Source of the DNA: Lophium mytilinum
Lineage: Eukaryota
Direction: 5' to 3'
Length of the DNA: 64,000 bases
Assembly: GCA_010093605.1 (NCBI GenBank)
Contig: MU004185.1
Location: forward strand, 393,334 to 457,333
Shown: positions 48,928-61,215 of the stretch, one piece after another
Numbering within the stretch: the stretch's first letter is position 1
Layout: the number at the start of each line of letters is the position of its first letter
Translations under genes and position numbers: made by a program
The notes under the pieces: model-generated
The model's database searches: none
Told to the model about the DNA's origin: nothing
Seen by the model: the letters and a program-made list of their open reading frames with translations, nothing else

Positions 48928-50568
48928 ATGAGGGGCTTCTGGGCGCTCCCCGCGTTCCTAAGACTCGTCCTCGCCTCTCCGCACGCCTTCAGCGTCTTTG
49001 ACGACCTCTTGGCTTTCCCGCAGGTATGCTTGCCCACGCACTCCCATAGCGCCAATGACTGACCCTCACCTCTTTCCAGTATGAAGTCGTCTTCCCCGAT
49101 TCCTTCGTGACGGAAGAATTCGCATCATCGCGCCTTGCCCACGCCGCCTCGCGCCCAGCTCCCTCCGCAGCCCCCGATTCACAAGAGACCCAGGAACTAT
49201 CTACCGGACAACGACCGACTGGAAACTCGCACAATGAGGGCGACCAAGATTTCGAGGAACTCGAGGAAACGTACGAGGCTGTAGTCTTAGATGGCCAGCG
49301 CTACTTGTGCAGCATACCCGTGGTGGAGCCGCCGGAGCAGAACACAACGGCCACTCCGGAGCAGGTCAAGGATGAAGAGGAGAAGGAGTTGATGCGCGCG
49401 ACGGACCGTGGGTGGGAGCTGCTTGAGGGGATGCAGGGGAACTGCATTTACTTCCTCAGTGGCTGGTGGAGTTACAGCTTTTGCTATAAGGATGAGGTTA
49501 AGCAGTTTCATTCTCTGCCACCGAGTAAAGGTGTCCCTATCTACCCGCCGGTGGAAGATCCGGATGTCAAGAGCTTCATTCTAGGGAAGTTCCCAGGCGC
49601 GAAGGGCAAAGGGAGGGGCGGGAAGAAGGGAGTAGACGAGACTAGTGGCGAGAGCAAAAGCTCTAGAAAGACGTTAGATGCAGAGCCAGATGACGGGAAG
49701 AAATCTATGGAGCTGGCGAAGCTAGAGACCAAAGGCAGCACCAGGTACATGGTGCAGAGACTCGGCGGTGGGACGGAGTGTGATCTCACTGGCAAAGAGC
49801 GCAAGATTGAAGTACAAGTGAGTATATTTGTTCGCTCTCTCACGTTATATGGCTAATTTTTGGCAGTTCCACTGCAACCAAGGGTCTGCCGACCGTATTG
49901 GCATGATCAAAGAAATAGCAACCTGTTCCTACCTGATGGTCATCTATACACCCAAGCTCTGCAACGACGTTGCCTTCCTTCCACCACAGGATAATCGGCC
50001 GAATGCTATCAAATGCCAGCCTGTTATTGCTAGCGAAGATATCGCAGCGTGGAGTACTATTGCAGCTGATCTTCACGCTGCCGAGGAATTGATGGCGTTA
50101 GCTAGAGAACAAGAGGCAAAAGATCCGGAGAGACCACCGCGCCCTACCATCGGTGGCATCGAAGTCGGCGCGAAGAGACTAGTTGGCTCTGAAGGAAAGG
50201 TCATTGAGAAGTCGATTGTCGCGGGAGGTGGCAAGGACATTTACATTGGCACGGTTGCTAGCAGTGATGGGAAGACGATGAACGAAAAGGAGATGAAGAA
50301 GCTGAACATCAATGATCCCAAAGATGTTGAGAAGATGAAGAGAAATTTGCAAAAGTTAGCAGGCAAAAAGGGATGGAGGCTTGAACTGGTGGATACACCG
50401 CGAGGAAGAGAGTACAGGGGCATTATTGAGGCAGAAGACGAGGATGAGGAGGGCTCCTACTCGCAAAACTCGAATAAGGGCCAGCAACATGGTGACGAAG
50501 CAGAGCGAGAGGAGACGAAGGAAGAAGAGAACGCTGGGAGTGAAGAAGTTTACAAAGAGGAGTTGTAG
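48928..50568 (+). CDS. YOS9: ER lectin OS-9/Yos9 (ERAD)
   Basis: Signal peptide + FSVFDDLLAFPQ/YEV; MRH domain CIYFLSGWWSYSFCY..VKQFH, GGTECDLTGKERKIEVQ/FHC; C-terminal KEEL ER-retention signal. Confidence 0.93.
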
Positions 50569-50935
50569 ATATCGTCCTGGAGCATTTTTTGGCTGGTTGT
50601 ATTTTTAAGCCTGGCTATCCAGCCTTTGGACTCTGACCAACTTGCTTGAGCAAACTTTTGAGTGTCCCCTGCGAAAGCCTCGGAGATCCTATGCTAGCCC
50701 AGATTTTATGGGCCATCCTCGATACAGCACTCCCCGCCTTGCGATAAGAACGATAAGCTGCTTGCTTTTGGCGTCATGCATCTCCGCGCGCCCCGTGGAT
50801 TTCATTCTCGCTGCTAAATAGGGTACCACCTGCACGTAGGCGACCTGCAGGTCGCAAGAAAGAATTCCAACATGACTGTTCCTCTTGGTTTCGTTAGCTT
50901 TTGTTTGCCAGGAACGCGCTGCCAGATTGATAACT

Positions 50936-52094
50936 ATGGAAAACGTACATGGCGACGGCATTGCCATTGAAGGAAAAGGGAATGTGGACTCGGATCACTT
51001 CTCGCCCTATAGAGCTGATGGGAAGCTGGTAAGTGTTCTTCTTCTGGTGGTTCAAGACCGAAAGGTCTTTGATGAAGAAGTGTTTGAGAGAGCTTCTGAG
51101 CAACTGTGCTAATCGTTTTGACGTACAGTATGGATTCGTATGTGTCGTGACAGGCGCAACACAGCCAGTTGGAAAGGCAATCGTTGCTGAGCTTGCAGGT
51201 ATGATTAGGAGAATTCTAGTAAAGCTTATCAATTTTGAAGCTATGTTCTGACTCCTGAATTACTAGCACATGGGGCTGCCTGCATCTACGCCTGCTCTTC
51301 GACCCCCGATGAACCATACGCCCAATTGGCAGCAGAAGTGAACAAAGAATACCCAAATACAAAGGTTATTGGTTATCCATACAAGATCACCAGCGAAGAG
51401 GACACGCTGGGCTTGATCGATGATGTTCTGAATTCTTGGGGACGGTATGTAACATAATTCTGCTATACCACCCAAGACTAATTTCGCGATTAGACTCGAC
51501 GTATGGGTCACGTCCTCTGGCCTTCTCGGCCCTCCTTCTATCGCCGAAACCTCCCCATCGGACCTCCGGAAGTGCTTCGAAGCTAATTCCATGGCCCCCT
51601 TCTTCGCCCTCAAATACGCACCTCCGGCAATGGCCAAGACAACTCCAAAGGGCAACTATCCCAATGCTGCACCTAAGGATCAAGCGTACGGCAGTATCGT
51701 AGTGGTAGGCTCCGTTGCGAGCACATACGGCGGATGTTGGGGTCCTTGCTTCACGATGTCCTCTCACGCCGCTTTAGGAGTTGTACGGGCTGGTGTTTCG
51801 GTGCTGAAAGGAACCGGAATACGGATCAATTGTATCTCGCCTGGCCAGATTGATATTGGTGTTGACCTGAAGGGATTCGATATGCGCGGTATGAGCTCTC
51901 AGCTTCCTCCAGCGAGTTTACAGGGTCCTGAAGCGCAGAAGGCTATTGTAGGACTTGAACGCGCCGGTCTTCCGCAAGAGGTGGGAAGGGTGGCTGGGTT
52001 CTTGGCTAGTGGCTTCAGTAGTTACATCACTGGGGCCAACTTGGTAGTTGATGGAGGAGCGAGTGTTATGAATCCATTGACTGTCCCGATATAG
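50936..52094 (+). CDS. Short-chain dehydrogenase/reductase-like oxidoreductase (multi-exon)
   Basis: VCVVTGATQPVGKAI, GRLDVWV, GSIVVVGSVAS, GIRINCISPG, SYITGANLVVDGG. Confidence 0.88.
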
Positions 52095-52353
52095 AGATAG
52101 GGTGCTTGATAGACAAGAGAAATGATATGGAGACAATTGGAATGATACTGCATATGCACCCTTGTCTCGGGTCTATCTCGACCTCTCTATTGACTGTGAA
52201 ATCTTGCGTAGTCTAGAGAAGTATCCAGACTCATAACCCAACCTCTAATCAAGCATTACCCAACGAAAACGCTTTCAATTCACGAGCAACGCTTATCACC
52301 CAAGATTCTAGTCCCTCTAGCCATGAATCTAACACCGATCCCTTCACAAATCC

Positions 52354-52938
52354 TCATGCCGTCTTCGGTTTCTCTTCCCTCCGCGCCTCTAGCACTTCCC
52401 TTGGCGGTAACGCATCTGGTCCAAAGCTCAATGGCAGCAATTCTCCCATTGTCTTGACCTCATACGCCCCACTAGCATTGTGCATGAATATCGGCATATC
52501 AAGCTCGCAGAACTCTCGCAGAAACTGCCGGCACATGCCACAGGGGCTACAGAAGGCGTCCATATCGGTAGCTACAGCGACAGCCTTGAAGCTACCAAGG
52601 CGATGGCCCTGGATTACAGCAGTGGCCATAGCTACGCGCTCGGCGCAGGTGCCGACCGGATAGGAGGCATTCTCGACATTGGCGCCGGATATGATAGTGG
52701 AAGATGTTTTGAGAAGGATGGCGGCGCCGACGCGGAAGAGGGAGTACGGGCCTAGTGGTTGGTGTGTTAGTAGGCTTATCGAATGGTGGTAAATGCGGCG
52801 GTACATACAGTAGGCCATTTCACGTGCTTCAAGACATTTTGTGGTAAGTGCCCGGATTTCTACGGTGGATAGACCGTGGATGAGAGCGTCGGTTTCTAGA
52901 GTTTGCGTTGCGGAGACTTCATGTGCGATCGTGGACAT
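52354..52938 (-). CDS. CDD1: Cytidine deaminase (homotetrameric type)
   Basis: AY/CPYSLFRVGAA, GANVENASYPVGTCAER, SPCGMCRQFLREF, ELLPLSFGP; intron ~52753-52809. Confidence 0.93.
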   Translation of the reverse strand: MSTIAHEVSATQTLETDALIHGLSTVEIRALTTKCLEAREMAYCMYRRIYHHSISLLTHQPLGPYSLFRVGAAILLKTSSTIISGANVENASYPVGTCAERVAMATAVIQGHRLGSFKAVAVATDMDAFCSPCGMCRQFLREFCELDMPIFMHNASGAYEVKTMGELLPLSFGPDALPPREVLEARREEKPKTA

Positions 52939-53304
52939 AGTGAAGGAAGGAGAGAAAGAGCAAGGTGGGGGAGAGGGTGTTAAGGCCACTCTGCGGATAT
53001 CAGAGCTAGGCTTAATCCGGAGCTGGGCTTATTCACTACGGCTTGTTGCTTGGTCCATGTCTACAATACTTCGTTTCATCATTTTATCCCAATCTGCGAT
53101 GGACGACGCTGTTGACATGTTCTGCGTCCAGGTACCAAACTAAGCATGATGATACAGGTCGCAGCATAGGGACAGCGTAGTACGCGTCTACAATGTAGTG
53201 ACACGGCATGGTAAGAGTTTTACCCATCAAGACATCAGTTCTACTCTATATTTATGGTTGATTCGGTTCACATGACGATACCACATCAACGCTAAGTGCG
53301 CACT

Positions 53305-55000
53305 TCAGATTGATATGCACTCGAGTTGGAGCAGAATCTGGACGGGTCAGTACGATTGTGGTCACCTCGTAAAATCAAACAAATAGGATAAGCAGAGCAC
53401 GTACCTTCTCAATATACCTGACTCCTATTGTAACGCCGTCTTCATCCTCGAACTCACTATCATCGCCAAAGTCTGCATTGGTCTCGTCTAGGCATGTCAA
53501 ACATGTGACGACTATTTCTGTGTACTTGTCTCCCATTCGACTAGGCAACATCTGTGTGGCAAGCTCTACAAGCGCGTCTTTCACCAGAGTAGCCTTCTTC
53601 ACCTCATCTTCCTCTTGATCCTGCAGAACACTGAGAAGACGAGATGGAGCAGGATCGGTCGTCTCCTCATCTTGGTATACCACGAATGTGTCCCACAATC
53701 CGATTTCCAGCAGGCAAACCCCTAGGCTGTAGATGTCGTGCTGCATAATGTACTCATCTTCGGGCTTCAGGCCCTGTCGGCGAGGATGTCGGTAGATGTC
53801 CTTGTACCAAACGCAGTCTCCAAAGCGCATTGTCCGTCCTTCTGCCATCCGAAATCTCTCGAAACCGAGGAGGAACGACGCTGCTAAGGTAGATTTGGAG
53901 CTTCCGAATATCAAGACTGTTTCGGGGCGAATGCTTTTGTGGACGAATCCGTAGGTGTGAATGAAGCTGACGGACGTAGCTAGTTGCTGAGCAACCTTGA
54001 AGCGCGCGCTCAATGAAAGATCTTGGTCTGCTTTCAGCAAAATGGCTCTCAAACTCTTTGGGTTCTGCATTCCCTCGGGGATGTTAAAGACGAAATCGAA
54101 AGACACGATCTTCTTCTTGGTCGGCTCAACGACCTTCACGACACCCTTGCATTCAAGTAGGCCGAATGTAAGTGCATCTGCCCGCGAAAGCTTGCGAGCA
54201 AGGTCTCTGACATCTTTATTTAGGATGTTTATGTTGACATCTGGATCGCCAGCAACCGAGTCGAGGATCGAGAGCTTGCTGGTCGGCGTTCGTTGGATCA
54301 ATTCAGCCGTAGAGAAGGGGATTTGAGTTCGATTAGCTAATACAAGGCCATTTTCGGGGAGGAATATCCTCGTCGCAATTTGCGGCTCTTTCTTCAACGA
54401 GTCTCTCAAGCCTCTTGCAGTCTTCATCGAACCGACCTCAGTTCTATCGTCCTCTAGTTCTTGATCAATGACAGGACTCGCGACCTTCATTATCAAGAAC
54501 CAGGATGGGTTGAACACCTTCTGCCACGATTCAAATTCCTGTATTGCTTTGCCCAAGCTCTCTTTGATAAGAACATACTTGAGTTTTCGTATTCCGGTCT
54601 TGTTCTGCGTTTCACCGTCCTTGTCCTTTTTCTTCTGCACTCTTTCAATCTGTGCAACCGCCGCTTCTAACTTGCCAACCAATATGCGCAGTGTTCTGAT
54701 TTGGATATTCTGGAACTCATCATCCAGAGTACTCCATATCTTTTGGAGGAACTCCACTTGCTGCCTCGTTCGGTACCAGTGTGCCTCCACTGACAGAACC
54801 CGCTCTTCTACATCCGCTTCCGCACCTTTAAATGTTTTATAGGTGTCGACTAGGAGCTTGCCATATCTAGGGAAATCGGAGTTGCATTAGTTTTGTTCGA
54901 ATCTGGCCCCAAACTGACGTATTTGAATAGAGTATTCTACGTACCGAAAGGCCAAGTCAACAGTTGCTATTATGCCTAGAGCTAATTCCGCTCCGGCCAT
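53305..55000 (-). CDS. HeLo/HELL-like N-terminal domain + pseudokinase protein (~516 aa)
   Basis: Exons 55000-54945, 54866-53405 and 53337-53305 give an uninterrupted 517-codon frame. Hydrophobic first helix MAGAELALGIIATVDLAFRYG. Kinase-like C-lobe with VHKSIRPETV in place of HRDLKPxN and LGFE in place of DFG, followed by YRHP..Q and DIYSLGVCLLEIGLW. Confidence 0.85.
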
Positions 55001-55633
55001 CCTGCCGTACACCTAGGCACGAGCTGAATTGCGCGCGTGCTCGATGGTCAGAAAACAAAGTCGATGTCAGTTTGAGAAATCAATGCCTTGAGAGATCAAA
55101 TGCTATCATAGTCCTTTTTCTCCTTCAGTATAAAGTGAGGAGAGGGCTAATTCGCTTTCCGGAGACAGTTTCTTAAAGATGCAGTAGAGGTATGAATCTA
55201 CGTTTGGGGGACCAGCACAGCTTTATGGTTCCGAGGCGCCAAAACGCCACTTTGGCACTGCCCGCAAGCCTGCATACTGATTCGTGGCTTGGCTACACAA
55301 TCCTAGATAATTTATGCAGCCTCATCACCTGACCCCGCCGTAAGCGCCCTCAGCCTCGAGACCTCAGCCTTTAGGTTCCGCTTGAGCCTTCCAGTCGGAT
55401 CTTCTTCATTCCTGGAGTCCTCAACTTCCATACGCGCTGGCGTCTCAACCGTTCAAGGCTTTGGTCTCATAATAACTCATTCTTCATGCCCCCAATCTGC
55501 CTTCCATCGGTTCTTAGGGCATTCAACAGCCTTCGCGATATAAGGCCGACAAATCCGCACGAATCGGTGTTAGCTTCAATGGCTTCCAAAGCATAACCAG
55601 ATATCCGAATCAAACGATATCCGCGTGCTCAAT

Positions 55634-58600
55634 ATGCCACCTGTCTCAGACCTCGTGAGAGATTCCCGGCTGAAGACTCGATTCTCCTCAAAGTACACTC
55701 AGCATGTCTTCTACGTCTCCGGAGAAACACCGCGCCAGCGGAAAGTGAGAAGAGAGGAGCGATGGGAACGCGGAGAAAGCCTTGGGTCTGGCTCTTTCGG
55801 GACAGTGTGGCTTGAAAAGCTCATGGCCGAGCAGACGAATTCTAAGTTTCGAGCAGTCAAGGAGATCCGGAAGGTTCAGCGCGGCTCAAAGGCGATTGAT
55901 TACAGTCGTGAGCTCGAGGCTATTGCCAAATTCTCCCATGAAAAGGTCAACATTCTTACCACGACAATCTAGCAACGCTAATACCCAGACCAATAGTATG
56001 AACTCTGCTTTGTCAAGTCGTGAGGATGGTACGAAAACGACGATAGTGTCTTCATTGCTATGGAATATTTTCCAGACGGGGATCTTCAAAGTCATCTGTC
56101 GTCGCCTTTGCCAGAGAAAGAAGTTCAGCAGATAACCTTCCAAATTTTAGAGGGACTATCCTTCATGCATGACAACGGTTTCGCCCACCGTGACCTGAAG
56201 CCATCTGTAAGTTCCTTGTGGAAACATCTTCTACTCCGACTCCGACTCCTAATTCTCCTTGCAAGAATATCTTAGTGAAATCAAAAGGCCCCGACTGGTG
56301 GGTCAAAGTTGGAGATTTCGGAATCTCAAAGCGGGCTGAAGAGGGTCTTACTGCCCTGAGAACGTTCAACGGCACTCCTGGGTTCCTAGCGCCCGAATTA
56401 CTGGTTCAAAATGGCCTTCTCGACTCCAATGAACTTGAATTCGGAGACGAATATACGACAGCTGTGGACATCTGGGCACTAGGCGAGATCGTATTCCGTG
56501 CTCTTACGGGCCAGGCGCCGTTCACAAGGTCGTTGGGAGCATATATCAGGGGAACCTCCGCGTTTCCTGCTGAGATGATGCTTTCACATGATATCAGCGG
56601 AGAGGGTTGCGATTTCGTCAAAAGCTTGATGGCTCCACTGCCTAAGGATCGCCCAACCGCCGCGATAGCCCAAGAACGCCCTTGGTTAGAGTCTTTGAGA
56701 CCATCATCTCCCAGATCATCGACAGAATTCGAAAGGTACTTCCATACAACAAAAATTTCATCTTGAGTTTTAGTTTCTCTGACTAACACATTTTAGGTCA
56801 GAGCCTCTACCCAATTCATCTATCTTCGCTGTCGCTTCGGAGAAGCAGGCCCCTAACGAGCCGAATTCCACATGGCTTAATGAAGCTTCCGCTTGCTGGA
56901 GCACCATAGACAGAGCAGCACCCGATAGTATGCTGTCAGGTATGGCAATTGGCATCAAGGATCCGCAAACCGCACGGCCTCGGCCCGAAAATAGTGACGA
57001 GTTCACTACGGCGAGCCATGATAGGACACTCGTCGTGATGGAGCACTCCGGGGAATATATCAATACTGACAACAACTTGATATCGAAGCCCTGGCCGCCT
57101 TGTACAACACCGACTTGGATATCATCGTCCTCGATATCACAGTCCGCCTCCGCCTCCGATCCTGCCAGACCTGGCAAGGAGCACACATACGGTTCATACT
57201 CATTCAACAATCTCAAACCGAGAGAGCGGCCGCATAGTGCTTGTGTTGACACTGATAACAGCCAAGCTGTAGAACAATCAGTTGAAGATTTGGGGAACCC
57301 TCGAAGATCGCGGAGACAGCCAACTGGATTTGCAGCACCTCAGAGACTAGCGGAGAGCTATGAGCCCTATCGTTATCCACCAGTTAGCCCCAGGAACCCT
57401 TTCTCCGCGCCGACAAATGCCTCGAAAGAGCAATGATTAAACCGCGCAAGGGATGTCTTGCTAAGCAACTCTGATCCAGAAACAAAGGCGCGCAACTTCT
57501 ATGCTTTGCATAAATCTAGAAGGGTTGAGGACCTCCAGATAAGCAACGAACTTTTCGTTGAAGTATTTAGCCGGACAAGGTATACCTCTCTTGCAGAGTG
57601 GGAGCAAATCCATCTCGTCCAAGCACTTTTCAATACGGTAGTTCGTCCCCAGCAGCCAAACATAGTGCCGGTTCGTCCCCAGCAGCCATATGAAGTACGT
57701 GCCAATTTCAACGTAAGGAATTACGCAGTGTGCTATCACAACCATCAAAGAATCTTGATCTTTGCAGACATCCCGCTCCTGGAGGCATCTCTGGGCGAGT
57801 GGGGACAAAAAGGCGAACGGCTCCACCGAGGGGTTGTGCCGCACGCCACTGTTGAGAGACTGAAACCGAGTTCCATGGTTACATGGAAAGCCTTACGGAA
57901 CGCCCTATCCTCTCCAGACGATGTGAAAACTCGCTTAGGGAGGCAAAATAGGGAATATAATCCTTTCCCGCCGCAGCAACACTCTGGTAGCCACGGATCT
58001 TACGAGCTGGACAAGGAGCTGAACAGCGCATTATACGAGTTTCCAAAGGAGCTGAACAGAGCCCGCTCATCTGCACAAGCTCTCATCCAAATTGTGGCTT
58101 CCACGCCGTCCTAGGAGCTCCAGGACAAACCTGGCGTCAAGGAACTTGCAACTCACTGTTTGAGAGCGAAACTTGACGTGCTGGCTCGCAGTAACAACCT
58201 CAATCTGAAATCGTATAGCATGCTCAACCCTGTCATGTTGGAAGTCATAAAGCGCCTCGACACCGCACTCTCTGAATACCAAGGCGCCATAACACAGACT
58301 AATCAAAGTGTTGCGTCTCCACCAATGCGGGATAGAAGAACGGTAACGGACAACGATGGTAGTGTAACATTGAGGCGCATGACTGAAAAAGAGGTAGCGG
58401 AACACGAGCGGAACGGTGGCAAGAGAAGAGTTGCAACTCCACCAGGAATGGTCGAAATCGAAACAGACAATAGTAGGCGTCGCGTGACGCTGAGACGCTT
58501 GACCGAAGAAGAAGCAGAACGCGAGCGGAACAGAAAACAGACCACACCTATACCAGGAGAGTCGCTCAGAGTCAAAGTAGACGGCGATGGGGGCGCGACA

Positions 58601-59198
58601 CTCCGACGCCTGACCGAAGAAGAGGCAGCTGCAGAACGACAGCGAGCGCGAAGAGAGCGAAGAGACAAGGCCGGTGTTGTCAGTGATGGAAATGGACTGG
58701 AGCCATTTGGATGTGGACTGGATGGAGGTACCCGAGAAAAGGTTTGTTTTGCACCGCGTTGATTGAAGATCGTGGATGATCCTGGCGCCCCAATGCTTTC
58801 CTAGGTCTAAGATTCTCCGCTTCTTATTGGTTTAAACATCTAGTCACGTGGCAATCACGTGATGACCACATAATAATCACCTTCTAGATTAACTAAAATG
58901 CCTACTCTATACCCTCTCATAGCCTTTCTATCCGTTACTTAACTATAACTTTACTGGTTAGTAGTAGGATATAAGTATCTTTAAGCGATTTACTTAAAAC
59001 TTACCTAGACTAAACTACGTCTAGATAGCTACTAGCTATATTAGGTAACCCTCAGCCGTATTGTGGAGCTCCTGGCGCTCCTGGAGCTCCACAGCGATTT
59101 CTGGTGGACCGCCCGTGGATTGAAGGCCTCATCCAGTTCGCTCCGGTCCATTTCCATCACTGGGTGTTGTGATGTCGGCGAGGCAAAATTGGCCATAA
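55634..59198 (+). pseudogene. Ser/Thr protein kinase with GAT-like and repeat C-terminus, disrupted by 3 in-frame stops and a hAT MITE
   Basis: Exons 55634-55945, 55997-56206, 56266-56735, 56797-58680 (+59171-59198 after removing the MITE) form one 968-codon frame with GSGSFGTV, AVK, HRDLKPSN, DFG and GTPGFLAPE. Stops: TGA 56021-23, TGA 57434-36, TAG 58112-14. Confidence 0.85.
58681..59162. mobile_element. Non-autonomous hAT-type element (MITE), 482 bp
   Basis: 23-bp TIR CAGTGATGGAAATGGAC(T/C)GGAGC (58681-58703 / 59140-59162); perfect 8-bp TSD GGTGTTGT (58673-80 and 59163-70); TpA-rich interior. Confidence 0.92.
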
Positions 59199-59530
59199 TT
59201 GATATTCCGAACTGTCTTAAACGCGGTCTCTTCTCTGACGGAATTGAATCTATTTATGCAGATAACCATAGACCTTCCTAAGAAGTCTATAATGCTGGAG
59301 GCGGAAAACTGGCAATGAACATGAGAATTGCTGCTCTACTGACCAATTTCAAATCTAATAGGGCAAACGCTTAATTTCTTTGTATCCGGGCACTCCTTGC
59401 CTGATTTGACTGCACATTAAGCAAGAAGGGATCGTCTGTATAGTCAAAGGATGCTAGAAATGATACATAGTAGATTAATATATACAAAATCATTTCTTCT
59501 TGATCAGCCAGTCCCTTAATAACAACACTC

Positions 59531-61215
59531 TTACACCTCGCGTCGCCTCATCCCGACTTGCAAGCCTAGCGGCTTCCTCAAGAATCCCTCTCGCGTCTCC
59601 AAGTCTCCCTGCCTCAGCTCAAATTCATATCGACGGAAGACTGTTGACACAATAAGGGCCAGTTCCATCTCCGCAACGTTGCGGCCCACACAGGCCCGCG
59701 GGCCGTAGCTGAACGGAATAAATGCTGCTTTTTGCGCATCGGTGGCAGTGAACCAGCGGTCTGGACGGTAAACGTCTGCGTCTGCGCCCCAGATGGCGGT
59801 GCTGTGATGGATTGTGTACGCGGGTACAGAAAGAACGGTGAACTGTGGGAAGTGGTGACCGCAGAGGGTGATGCCCGGCCCGGGGGGCAACTGGCGAGGA
59901 AGGCCGAGGGACGAAGTTGAATGGATACGCATTGCTTCTTTGATCACGGCATCAAGACTGTGTTTGGTTTACTACGATTAGCCGAATGTAATGATGGAAT
60001 CGTAAGATGAAACATGAAATCTAGAAGGAACGTACTAAGGTAGATCCTTCACCATGGCGAAGGAGGGAACTGTATCAACATCTGGAATAGCCTGATCTAG
60101 CTCGTCTTGGAGCTTCTTTACTACGTCTGGGTGTTTCAGACAGTGGTACAGTAGGGCACAGCTCGTGTTGCTCGTCGTATCGCTACCAGCAATGAGCTGG
60201 GTGAGGGCTTCAGCAGTCAACTCTTCTCGGCCGAGTTTATCACCTTTTTCATCGCGACCCTCCATAAGCCGGGCGAGTAAATCGACGCGATCGGTTTCAG
60301 GAGCAGCCAAACGGGAATTGACACGAGCCGTTGCAATACCAGCTAGATTTTCGATTGCCTTCATGCCTTGCGAAAAGAACGGATCGGGGAAGTTCTTAGC
60401 GTAGGGCTTAATCTGAGGGAGACATCCAATAGTCCTAGTTCAATTAGCAAATAGGTTCATCAAAGAAACGGCAGTCGACATACCCAGATACCTCGCCACG
60501 CCGGTTCAACACTTCGATAGCTGGAGCGAAAGTTGGCGGCGAATTAGGCGTCAAGCGAACCTCTGCGACATCCTTTCCTTCTTTCAGCATCCCAAAAGGA
60601 GCGCCAAATGCTAGGTCACCAATGATGTCGAAAGCAAGGTAGTTGAACCAGTTCAACGCATCCATGTTCTCATACCCGCCTTTCGCCGACGCTGCCATGC
60701 GGTCCCATTGCTGGACAAGGTCCTCTAGATTATGGTGCATGTACTGCTCAAACTGGCCAACCGACTTGGCGCTGAAGGTATGGGCGACAGTCTTGCGTTT
60801 CCGGGTATGCTCAGCTCGATCACGGGTATTGAAGAGCCCGCGGTGGATGGAGACGAAGGCATCATAGTACTCGCTGAATCATAAGTCAGGAACTTCCTCA
60901 GTCTGCGTATAGCGTATAGTACCTCTTTAAGAAACCGTTCCCGTGCCCGTATATGATCGGGATCGCATCCGCATCCGCAACCGAGATATGATGGGGCTGG
61001 ATACGGACCAGCTTGCCATACTTCTTATGCGCGGCGTCAACGGCAAGATATCGCTTTCCTTGTCGGCATTGAGCGAGCAACCAGAGGTTTGTCCATGCCG
61101 CAGGGAAAGGGCCTGGTATGTCTCTGATAGACCAATTGCGGAGGTATGGAAGAAGATAGTAAAGAACTGGAACCGCCAGGAGGGAGTACCAGGAGAACAA
61201 GAAGGATAGAAACAT
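59531..61215 (-). CDS. bphA: Cytochrome P450 CYP53 (benzoate 4-monooxygenase)
   Basis: N-terminal TM + IPGPFPA; IYGHGNGFLK; LFNTRDRAEHTRKRK; EALTQLIAGSDTTSNT; EAMRIHSTSSLGLPR; heme motif FSYGPRACVG; three introns. Confidence 0.92.

Noticed and set aside
56800..58680. RHIM/HET-s-type amyloid motif in the kinase or its HeLo partner
   Set aside because: No G/N/Q-rich amyloid pseudo-repeat seen, only a short VRPQQP duplication (57641/57671).
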